41,020 bases of DNA, taken from contig JAVEBF010000044.1 in NCBI GenBank assembly GCA_051941275.1, positions 1-41,020 of the forward strand. The letters are read 5' to 3'. The notes beneath the pieces are model-generated. The model saw only the letters and a program-made list of their open reading frames with translations. It was not told where the DNA came from and searched no databases. How positions within the stretch are numbered: the first letter of the stretch is position 1; the number at the start of each line of letters is the position of its first letter. Shown here piece by piece: positions 1 to 10,829 of the stretch. This stretch comes from Dirinaria sp. TL-2023a. Taxonomy: Eukaryota. The translations under genes and the position numbers were made by a program.

Positions 1-1364
1 ATAGTATACATGGCAGTCCGCAGAATGGCAGTCCGCGGATAGGTAAACCGCAGGGCTCCGGGTAATAGTAATATCGGGTATATAGTAACCCACAATTCCT
101 CGCTTTTCTTATAGATGTTAGGCAATTAATCACACACATACAAACTGCCAAACATAGATACAATTGACCTCACAAACACCTCCTAAATCTGACAGGAGAT
201 TTATTTCACCTCCGAACGAAGGAGACTCAGGAGATCTTCCTATCTTGGCTTCTGATCTCCTCGCACTGGCATTCTACCTACTCATGAGAAATACCAGTTC
301 ATCTTGCTCGCATTGAACCGATCGGAGTATCATTTAGCCGACAGACCGTCACGTGTTGAAAGTTCAAATTCTTATGCAAGTGCGAGTGCGGGTGCGAGAG
401 AAAACTTGATAATCTTTGGCGGTTTTCAAGATGGACTGATCCGCATTAGTCACCTGCCCTCCTGGATTTCCTCCTTTCTAGATAGTACTTGTGAGGTTCA
501 GAAGGTATCGAAGTTTCGATACTCGTACACTTTCAAACGAAATACTACGGGCCAGATTTCCCTCCAACGACATCGACACCATAGAACCATGAAGTGGTGA
601 TGATCAAGGGCGCTTTTCTACATCCCATAACTCCTCACACTACACTTCTCGTTCTAAGTTTATTGCTAACACGGCGCTAACACGGCGCTTAATGATCAGT
701 CAGCTGACTGCAGCTTAGCATCGAGTCACATTTGACGAAATCAACAACCGTTTACTAAACAATAAAACCTCGGCATATCTGCTGCATACGACAGCAGGAA
801 AATCCGATGCGTTAAACGAGGTTCTATCATGAGGCAAACGATAGAGAATCTGATGATGGAAATTCTCTCAAAGCAATTTTCGATTTACAAGAAACGTGAT
901 CAATTTCCACGCAGACATAAGTCAGATCTCAAATGATCGGAATTTAAAGGGTCTAGATGCCACCGCTTACTAGATTTCTTCAGACTGAGCAATGTTCGGA
1001 CTCTGCCTTGACCCTTGGCACGCTAGAAAAATATTTTCTGTCACTCTTGGCCGAGGAGGTCGTATTGCCCAAATACAAATTAATTCATGACAGACTGCTC
1101 ACGAAAGCTTAATCCAAGATCTATACGCGGTTCTATGAATAGTCGCCTTCAGTTCTCACGCTCACAATGGATAGCCCCCATACGCCACGATGTAACCGTA
1201 CCTCTCCATGCTGCTTGAAGCTGCTGACTCTCCTCCTAAATGCTCTCGTCGCTCTGTAAGCGTCTATTGGTCTTAGCATCTTAAATTAGTAATATCAAGA
1301 GAAATGTATTTCTCACGGGCATTCCTTTTTCAGCCCTCCCAAGCCCGACTTGGAACGCCTATAC

Positions 1365-1372
1365 TATATAAA
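1365..1372 (+). promoter_or_regulatory. Putative TATA box (TATATAAA) of the acyltransferase gene
   Basis: TATATAAA about 85 nt upstream of the ATG at 1453, followed by a pyrimidine-rich tract. Confidence 0.5.
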
Positions 1373-1452
1373 CAGTGCGCCTCTCCATTCTTCATTGCCT
1401 TTCCCGTATAATATAAGCATTCAAAGGCATTCTCCCGAGCTCAGCAGCAGAC

Positions 1453-2919
1453 ATGGGAGCCATTAGCCTCGAGGAAGTCACTAAAGCGCCCGAAACGCCA
1501 CAATCACCCACCCTCAAGCTCAGCGCCTCCAACCAATGGCGCCAGACCTCCCCGACCACCTACACTCGGCCCCTCGACCCCATCGAATCGTTCTTCAACA
1601 TTATCCACACAGCCGGCGCTGAGCTAGGTCTCCAGCACTGGGCTCTCAGCGCCGGGATCAAAGTCCGCACCGCCAGCCCAACCTTCATCTCGGATCTGCG
1701 CGACATCTGGGCCACTCTCCGCTACAATAACCCCATCATAGCATGCGAAATGCAGGACGGGCAGATGACCTACCGGGTCCCTGGCTCAGCATCCGAACTT
1801 TCCCAATGGCTGGAAGCAACGTTCATCGTGCACCCCACAGCAACATCGGCGCGAGAGCTTTACGGCGAGACTGCTCGGCCGTTTACCCGCGTTGTATGCC
1901 ATGTCCTTCCTCTTACGCAGGAAATCCTGCTTCAAGGCACACATGCGCACCTTGATGGATTGGGGACGGTGACGTTATTCGACAACCTGCTTCGCCTGCT
2001 GGCTACTCCATCATCCCAACGGCAAAAGCCCAACTTTGGTGATGAAGCGAAGAACCTCCTTCCTCCACTTTCGACGATCACAAATGCCCCTCTACCAACA
2101 TCGAACCAGATCGAAAGATGGAAGCAGGACCTAAACGCCTGGGTAGGTGCTATGCCGACTCGACGCCTAGACACATTCAATACAGATCGAGCACCGGGCC
2201 GCAGCAGAGTCACTTCGCTTGCTTTTACGCCCGCGTCCACGTCAGCTATAATCGCCGCATCGCGGAAGAAGAACCTGACCGTGACACATACCTTGCAAGC
2301 AGCCATCGCACTCGCGACGCGCTCTTACGATGCTGCACAACCGCCCTCATCCCAAAACCCCACTTTGTCCACGTTTGCAATCTACAACACCAGGAGTGCC
2401 GCGCTCGCCTCTAATCCTTACAAGCCATCCGAGCTGGTAGGGCCGCACCTGACGGCGGGTCTTGCAGTCTACAACGTGGGCTCGTTCCTCGATACCGCGG
2501 CCAGTGTGCGGGATACCTTCAATTCGCATCGAGAACAAAACTACGCATTAGCCATGTTACCGGCTCTGTGCGCAGAAATCCCTCCTATCCTCGCCACACC
2601 CACGCCTGTCCCCAGCGCGGCGCCCATATTGTCCAGCTTCGGGGATCTGGATGTACGATTGCAGCGTCGATATTGTTCGGAGGTGGAGGGAGCATATGGT
2701 GGGGACAGAGGGATCGAAGTTCAGTGTCTCGATTATTGGTGTACGCTCGACCAGCTTCTTTCGGATGTCTATGTGGGCATGTGGACGTTTCGGGGGGGAT
2801 TGAGGGTAGAGGTTGGATATAATGAGGTGTACCATACGAAGGCGAGTATACAGCGGTTTCTGGGCGGGGTGAAAGATCAAGTGGAGAAGGGTCTGGGGTT
2901 TTGTCTCGAAGCTGAGTAG
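1453..2919 (+). CDS. CoA-dependent acyltransferase, Tri3 (trichothecene 15-O-acetyltransferase)-like / condensation-fold, 488 aa, intronless
   Basis: Single long ORF. N-terminal 'WRQTSPTTYTRPLDPIE' and 'W.TLRYNNPIIA' segments, catalytic HxxxD motif (HAHLDG), and C-terminal 'LSSFG...WTFRGGLRVEVGYNEVYH' are typical of fungal Tri3-like acyltransferases. TATA box upstream. Confidence 0.8.
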   Translation: MGAISLEEVTKAPETPQSPTLKLSASNQWRQTSPTTYTRPLDPIESFFNIIHTAGAELGLQHWALSAGIKVRTASPTFISDLRDIWATLRYNNPIIACEMQDGQMTYRVPGSASELSQWLEATFIVHPTATSARELYGETARPFTRVVCHVLPLTQEILLQGTHAHLDGLGTVTLFDNLLRLLATPSSQRQKPNFGDEAKNLLPPLSTITNAPLPTSNQIERWKQDLNAWVGAMPTRRLDTFNTDRAPGRSRVTSLAFTPASTSAIIAASRKKNLTVTHTLQAAIALATRSYDAAQPPSSQNPTLSTFAIYNTRSAALASNPYKPSELVGPHLTAGLAVYNVGSFLDTAASVRDTFNSHREQNYALAMLPALCAEIPPILATPTPVPSAAPILSSFGDLDVRLQRRYCSEVEGAYGGDRGIEVQCLDYWCTLDQLLSDVYVGMWTFRGGLRVEVGYNEVYHTKASIQRFLGGVKDQVEKGLGFCLEAE

Positions 2920-3141
2920 CGAGGTTTTTTCGAAAGGATGATTGGAGGATTTATAGAGTTCTCGCTTAGCGTTTTCACAGTGAGCATTGGAGCATTAGAA
3001 TGAGGTCTTTTCGCAAGTGTTGTGGATGTTGAAGATCCGACTGTTTGGTGTGACTGGTTCTTTCTATTAAATCATCTGAATGTGTGATCAAGGCATCTAT
3101 CAACTCACGTCAAGGTAGTAACGAGAGAACTCTCATAAAAG

Positions 3142-6100
3142 CTATACATGTACTCTGAGGAAATTGAATCCGTCATTCACCGCTTTTGCAGCGTCGGTAT
3201 TTTGCTTGAACATGTCAAACATATGCAACCCGTCTTTTACTATCGCCAACCCAGCAGGTACGCCATGCTCAAGCAGGGTTCGATGCGTTCGCTGCGACTG
3301 TTCCCAGGGCACATGGTCGTCTCGGGTGCCATGGATGAGGAAAGTAGGTGCATTGTACCTGCCATCACGGATATGTGCAAGGGGACTGATGCTTTTTATT
3401 TGCTCAACAGACGGGTCGGCAGGTGTCGTGACACTTTGCCGACCCGAGTCACATGTGCGTCTTAGTCCGTTGAGAAGGACGGGCAAGGTTCTCCCCTCCC
3501 AGTTCATGTGGCAAACTATCCGGGATCGGGGATCCTCGAAAGACATCCAGCCTCCGAGCGCGTGTAGAGATGCTGGCGGCGAATATCCTACGACCGGTTT
3601 GTCGTGCAGTCCGGCGTATAAGTGGTTGTAACTTGCGTCCGGTGGAGCGATGGGATTCTGGGCGAATGGCAGGTTTGGGCGAGTCCAGAATGTATCTTCA
3701 TAGTCGGTTGGAGGGTAGAATGCCAGAATCGCTTCAGGAGGCTTGATGCCTCGTGGTGGTGCAGTCCATCCAAGAGACATGGCAAGGTGGCCGCCCGACG
3801 ACCAGCCCACAGCGACGATTTTGTCCCCATCGGCACGGACATTGGGATGGCTGAGTGCCAATGTTGGTAGGGTCTTTCGTGCCCACAACAGAGCGTCACA
3901 AACATCTCGCATCGGCCCATCTGGTAAAGTAACCTCAGGACACAGCCTGTAATCTACGCTTATTGGCAGAAAACCAGCTTTGAGAAGGGTCCGTGTCTGG
4001 TCATTGCGAACGTCTTTTCTGGTGGACATGGTGTGACCTCCGCCATGGATCATAAGAGCTGTTCGGAGACTGCGATTAGATTCCACCTTGAATTCCAATT
4101 GAAGGACAACGTAGGTGCTTACCAATCGGAAGGGGTGTGCTTGCGTCCCCGAGCCCATCAGGATAATAGATATCAGCTGACAGAGCAATACCATCGTGTT
4201 CTCCGTAGGAGACGGTTTCCACATCCATTTGAGGCAAAGAATTGGCGGAGTGGTGTGTTGAAGGAGGAGTAGAGACTGAAGTCCTAATCGAAGACGAGGC
4301 TGAAGCTGGAGCTGGAGGCTGACCAGAAGCTGACAGTAACTGGGCAAGCCCCTGGACGTCGGTGATAGTCGAGAAATCGGAATGAGAAAGAGAAATCTGA
4401 AATCGCTGATGCACTTCTGCAAAAATCTCGGTGACCAGCAGAGAATCTATATTAAGACTTTCCAGAGCAGAGTCAGACGAGATTTCCATTGTTGGGATCT
4501 CAATGATGTCGCTCAACATCTGCTTTACTTTCTGCAACGTTACGGAATTACTATCAGGAACCCTCGAGTCCTCGTTTAGCGGTACGTTCTGGACTGGAGG
4601 ATGTGCTTGTATATTCTCACTGAAAGGCCCTTGTTGTGTTAGCTGGCGTAGTATCGTACATTGTGGTGTGCTGGATTTTGAGAGGTCTGTATCTATCAGA
4701 TTAGACATGCCTTCGATAGGAGCGTCTCGAATTGAAGTCTTGTTTTGGCTATTTAGTCTTCCCAGAGTCTTCGTCAAAGATTTTATAGAGAGTTTTTGGA
4801 ACGAGATTGCCATGATGGCAAGAACAAGATCCCCGGACCCTGGTTCAAAAACGAATATGTTGCATTGGAGCTTCTTAGGCGATGGTTTCTCGTACTTCGA
4901 ATAAGCAATCCACGTTTGCTCTGTTCTCCCAGTCTGAACAAACCTTGAAGTGAAGGCTATTTCATCGATGAAGTTGCACACCCACATCTCGTTAGCCTCA
5001 TCCCTGGCGAAACAGTTTGCGAGAATGCCAGAAACCTGGGTAAAGCTGTCGATCAAGACTGGATCGCAGAAACCCTTTCCCATGTTTGCTGGTCTTGAAG
5101 CCGGTAAAGATATACGAGCGACAGCTTCGTTACCCATCGAATATATGCTTTGAATCCCGTGATAGTAATCGAGGTACGTCACTACCAAGCGCATGGCCCG
5201 ATAGACAGTAGGACCCTTGAAGCCAATCGACATCGAGCATGCCTCGATCTCATTGCATCGTCGCAGCATGAGGTTATTTAGAGATTGGAAATGGGTGATA
5301 GATGTGGGCGGAGTGTTAGAATTGAACATTGTGATCTGTCCCGTAGCATGAGTGATCGGATCAGAGTGCTCGTTTTCCTCGTCATGAGTAAAGAGCCAGA
5401 AGTTCCAAGACCGTGGTTCAGAACCCTTGACCACCAGCCTCAAAAGCACGGAGCCAACAGGGTCTAGTACCAGAGGCGAAGACATCATCAAGTCAGATAG
5501 TTGTGGTATGCATAACGCTGCAGGATCCGACAACAAGCGAGAGGCCGTAAGGACAAATTCGTTGTACATCGACGCTGGGCAGAGGGTTTGCTCTACAACC
5601 TCGTGTCCTTTTGTACCCAGCTGATACAGCTCATGTTTTGGGTTGATTTTGAAGAGAGACTCGCCCTGACAAGGTTGGTTAGGAAGTAGTTGAAGCAGTT
5701 CTGATTGCGAATTCTCAGACACGTTTGTAGGTATTTTCCAAGTTGGCTCGGCTGGCTTCCAATTTAGCCAGTGGCTTGTCTTTGCAAATTGATATGGTGG
5801 TAGATTGATCCAATCATATGATGAACATTGAGACCTGTGGAACAACCAGAATTGGGCTCTTATTCCGTTTGACCACAAGCGGCAGGTAGCTCTTGTAAGG
5901 TTCATCTGAGCGTCTGCATCGCGAAGAAAAGTCGAGATGTACACATGCTCATGGCTACAACCCGCGGCTCGTTTTATCATAGGCATAATTGGTGACCCTG
6001 ATCCTGCTTCGAGCCATATTACTGGGCTATTGATCTGTTGCTCGACTCTTCTAATAGCATTCATGAAGCGAACGGGTTCACGGGTGTGCCGAGCTATTTT

Positions 6101-9100
6101 CTTTGCCGTAATGTATGACCAATCACCGTCGGAGCATGCCTCAATGGGTATCATCGGGGTTTTAAGATGAAGCTCTCCACTTGTTCGGAGCAAAGCGGGA
6201 ATGATCGAATCAAGAAGTCGAGAATGAAACGCATGACTGTTGTCCAAGCGTTTCAAGCGCACGAGCTCTGGTATTATTTCTGACGCTTTCTCGATGGCTT
6301 GGATGGATACCTCGTCGCCGGCGACGACGAAATTTCGAGGCCCATTGTAGCATGCAACATCGGCCAAATAGTTCTGGCACTGCTGCTCGGCGAGGCGAAG
6401 GAGACGATCAACATCGACTTCCGATCCTTCGACTGCCATCATGAGCCCGCCCGCGGAGCCGCAGATCGTTTGGACTAAACGGGCGCGCTCGGAGACAAAT
6501 CGGAGTGCGTCCAAAAGTGACAATGATCCAGCGACACATAAGGCAGTCAGCTGACCAAAACTGTGACCTATGAGTCTGTTGACCTTCAAACCACTATCTA
6601 TCCATGACTTGGCACACGCATACTGAATTGAGAACAGGGTGCAGTGCAAAGTCACAACGTCATTGATCGGCTCGGGGTCAAATATTGTTGGGAAAAGGCT
6701 GGGAAGAGATAGATCTTCTGTGCAGACCGAGTCGCAATCAGCCTATTAAAGGGAAGTATCAGTAAATGGTAAACGCAGCAGCGGTGTTCTAAACGGATGA
6801 GAACGCATTTAGTCATCACCTACAATGTGACGCTGTAGAAGCACGGAGCTATCATACAGGCGTTTGGAGATAGAAGCCCACTTTCCGTCCTGACCACTGA
6901 AGCAGAGAACGACAGACGAGCTACGACTAGGAATCTTGTGGAGCTCGTTAGAGCCGGCCGCGGTTTTACGGAGCTGGCTTGAAAGATCTTGGATGCTAGT
7001 ACTCGTAATTATACTCGAAGTCTCAAAATCTCTGTTCTGTTTGATCGCCAGATTGTAGGCAACATCAGCTAAAGTATTGGCCGTATCCTTCTTGGTCAAA
7101 AGGGAGTCAAGGCGGTCGCAATAGGAACGAACTGCTTCAGTCGTGTTTCCGGATATGAAAATGGGGTAACAGCCAAGATGAGAATCAGCCTTGGGGCACG
7201 AAGCCGGAGTGACGGGTGGAGGCTCCTGAACAATGATAGCAGCGTTGTTTCCGCCAGCTCCGTAATTGTTGACCAGTGCTATGCGTTTTGCGACTTTCCA
7301 TTCCCTCGTATCTGTGGGTATCGTCACATGATCTTTGCCTAGTGGCTCAATCTTCGGGTTGAGTCGTGTGAAGTTTGCTTGTTTGGGTATCGTATTTTTT
7401 TGCATCATCAGTATGGTTTTGATCAGTGACGCTGCTCCCGAAGATGCTTCAGTGTGTCCGATGTTATCTTTGACGGAGCCAACGAAGACTTCATCGTGCC
7501 GGTTGAGTCTCCCAAATCGTTCTCGGATGGATTTGAACTCAATCGGATCCCCTACCTGGGTACCCGTACCGTGCGATTCGACATAGGTAATATCTGCAGG
7601 CGACACCCCAGAATGCGCCAGGACCTTGTCATATAGCAAATGCTGAGACGGCCCATCCGGCACGAAAATTGGAGAGGAATTCGATCCCTGGTTCACGGCA
7701 GTGCCAGCGATAATGCCAAATATATGGTCACCATGTTGCATTGCTTCCCTCAGCGGCCTTAATACAACCAAACCTGCGCCTTCGGCGCGACAGTAGCCAT
7801 CGGCATCCACATCGAACGCCTTCGAGGCTCCTGTTGGACTCAAGAAACCAGCACCAATCAGGTTTTGGGTCATCTTGGAGCTTGACATGGAACATACGCC
7901 CCCGGCTATAGCGACTGAGCAATCTCTGTTTTGGAGCGCCTTTGCAATCAGCCCATGGCAACTCATTGCGAAGGCATCAACTCACCTTACAAGCGGTATG
8001 AAAGGCTACGGCTGCGGCTGAACATGCAGTGTCTAGTACCATTGAGGGACCGGTCCATCCAAAATTATGACTGACCCGACCACTGATGAAAGATCTCAAA
8101 GTGCCTGGGAGCGAGAAGGCGCTGACGGGATGCGAAGCAACATTATCAAAATAATCGTCGTTTGCTGATCCGATGTAGCATCCGACTTCTCGATCAAACT
8201 CGTCTGAACGAAGCCCATAGTAACCGCTCGATTCCATTGCTTCGTACGCAACCTCAAGACACAGCCTTTGCTGAGGGTCCATGGACTTTGCTTCCCGGCC
8301 AGAAATCCCAAAGAAACGATGATCGAACTTATTTAAATGTCGCAGATAGCCGCCCCAGAATGGTCCATTAGGCTCACGGTGTAAATCGGATGGATCAAAT
8401 CGATCTTTGGGGAATTCTTTGACGACACATTTACCCTCGTTGATTAAGTCCCAGAACTCCTCCACCGAATCAGCATCAGGGTATCTACAAGCCATGCCAA
8501 TTATTGCGATTGCATCCTTGGGTAGAAGAGTCGTGTCTTCCAAATCGCATGTAGGAGATAATGGCTGGTTGACGCGAGGCGAAGATGGATGACGACTGGA
8601 TAAAAGACTTGATACTTTAGTGGGGGAGGCTCCGTCGACGCTTCGTGGAACAAGGACCTTCTCTCCGATTGAAATATGACGGAAGCCATGTTTCGGCACT
8701 TTTCTCATATTTAAAAGAGCATCAAACATCAGGTCCCACCTTGATTGCTCGGTGAGAATAGACTGTAAGGCCACAGAATGTAACTTTCCCTCCGTGATTA
8801 TTTTCCCATCAATATTCGACAGAAGAGGGGTATTTAAGGCATGAGCATCTGGTAGACGAAATCGTTCGTCACGTTGGCAAAGCGCCAAGATGGCTCTAAG
8901 TCCCTGTAGGTGATCCCGACTATGCCATCGTCCTCGTGGTGCGAGCGGCATCGCTGGAATGTTCACCTTTGCCAAATCAGACATCAACAAGGCCTCATGC
9001 CGCTCTAGTACTGTGATCGTCGCAGTTCCTGTATTCGTAACGACAGAGACGTAGGTCTATCCACACTGTCAGCTTAAGAACAAAAGAAGTCGAGACTGCA

Positions 9101-9731
9101 CACCACTGACACCATGGAATAACTCCAATTCATGCTGCAGATGCTCCAAGTGTGCATTCGACTTCAATCTGACTGCGATGGTTGTTGCGCAACCGTGATT
9201 GGTGAGTGCGTCTGAATCGACGACGGCTCCGGCGACTAAAGCCAGACGTACAGCTTTGGCAGCCAGATCTTGGAATTGCCTTTCATTGCTCGAGCAAGAA
9301 GCAGCGATTGCAACCAAGAATCCGAGACAGAATCCTTGAACGTCCTGCAGCTGAGATGCATGGAATGATGGAAGATCAACAGCGTGTGTGAGCTTCCAGA
9401 AATCAACAATCTGAATAATGACGGTTAAGGGACATAGGAGAATGTTGTCGGTGGGCTTGAACGTCAGAGCTGCACCACCTTGAAAGAAACCGCAGAGCTC
9501 GTTTAGCCGCTTCTTTGCTGGTACTATGTCTAAACCTGGCAAAACATCCAAAATGGCGGGCCACAATGAGGGAAGCTCCCGTATTGTACTTGAAAGAAAT
9601 TCTAACTCAGGGTGTTTTCGCAGTAATATGCGAACGTCGGACAGCGAGTCTGACGACAATGCGCCCTGGGGACCAAATAAGATTGAGATAGCATCTTGAC
9701 TGCGATCGTCGCCAGGTTGCAGAGCGCCCAT
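3142..9731 (-). CDS. Non-reducing iterative type I polyketide synthase, SAT-KS-AT-PT-ACP-esterase (HSL-type alpha/beta hydrolase), about 2114 aa, 5 exons
   Basis: Exons 9731-9111, 9056-7986, 7939-6824, 6742-4123 and 4058-3142, joined by GT-AG introns (9110-9057, 7985-7940, 6823-6743, 4122-4059), give one continuous 6345-nt frame. Motifs: SAT GFCLG; KS DTACS, ESHGTGT, GHTEASSG; AT GHSFG and HAFHS; PT HEVVEQTLCP and DSFTQ; ACP IDSLL; hydrolase HGGG, GWSSG, HGTRDD, GLHMFD. Confidence 0.95.
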
Positions 9732-10718
9732 TATTGCAAAAGCGAGGATAGTCAGATCAAAGTAGGGTAAACAGATAAGTTATGTAAAGAAAAGCTATGA
9801 ACAGATGTGGAGAGAGTAAGGGCCAATAACGATTAGTACCTTGATAGGTATTTTGCGTCCCCAAGTCAATGGCACGAGGCTGATATAAATCCTCATAACG
9901 GGGTTTATCTAGTACCGAGTGAGCGACGCATGCAGGACATAGCGAGCGCGGATTGTGATCTTCGAAGCACCTAATGGGCCAGCAAACAAGGATCCCTGAC
10001 AATAGTACGTCAACCCCAGCATCCTCCTTTTAGGAGGACTTCGCACCATAGTCGGGAATGAGGACGCGACTCTCGCGGCTTGCAGCATATCAACAACGAC
10101 CAGCAGCGTCATACCCTACCGTAGTCTCCCAGTCATCGTCTAGCATCCGGGTAAAACACCTTCAAAAATGCCTACAGAAGCCGTTTTCGGGCTTTGTTTT
10201 GAAAATTTCCGCGTGAGACCGAGTTTAGATTACGTACAGAAGACACCTCAAATCACAAGGATCTCGGGATCTTGAAGCGGTTGATGCTCTTGGCTCAGGA
10301 CGGCAAGAGCCGGCAATTTGGACGAGTGACCGATAGGAGTATTTGGAAACCATCGGCGCCGTAGGGTAGGGTCCCAGCTAGGAAAATTCGAGTCATCGCA
10401 TATGAGACTGGCGGCCAAACGGAAGCAAACGGAAGCAAAACGCTGGGGATCAGTCTTGCCGCGATTGTAAGGATTCGGTTCCACCACGGTCACTAGAAGG
10501 AGAAGGAACAGCTTTTCGCAAAAGATGCACGAGAATGTAGAGCCCCACTGTACGAGTACGTTAGATAGATGTAGGAGTCCACTGTTCGAGTCCCTTAGTA
10601 CCTTACGGGAAGAAGAAGGCTGGTGGTTTCGGGCTGCTTGGCAGGGCCTTCGCGTTCAACCTTGCAATAACCCTGCAATAACCCTGGACACAGTCTCTCA
10701 ATCAAGGCTTGCCTGCCA

Positions 10719-10724
10719 TATAAA
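10719..10724 (+). promoter_or_regulatory. Putative TATA box of the NRPS-like gene, within the PKS/NRPS divergent promoter (9732-10829)
   Basis: TATAAA about 110 nt upstream of ATG 10830. The PKS and NRPS-like genes are head-to-head, about 1.1 kb apart. Confidence 0.4.
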
Positions 10725-10829
10725 TTCGTCCCCCCCAAACTTTTATTTACAATCTCCCAATGTTCGTACTTGACTTGCTTTGTCTGTTTTCACGGCTGTT
10801 TTTAAATTGTATTCACGTCATAGTTCAAT

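Noticed and set aside
10..36. Short direct repeat ATGGCAGTCCGC x2; similar two-copy duplications at about 665-688, 10417-10439 and 10663-10686
   Set aside because: Two-copy micro-duplications typical of slippage; no array, spacers or element ends.
304..600. 98-aa ORF
   Set aside because: Non-ATG start, no recognisable motif and no supported splice structure.
3142..4422. 426-aa ORF as a stand-alone esterase gene
   Set aside because: Its hydrolase part is the last PKS exon, joined through intron 4122-4059; the ORF's N-terminal part is an off-frame reading of the ACP/linker.
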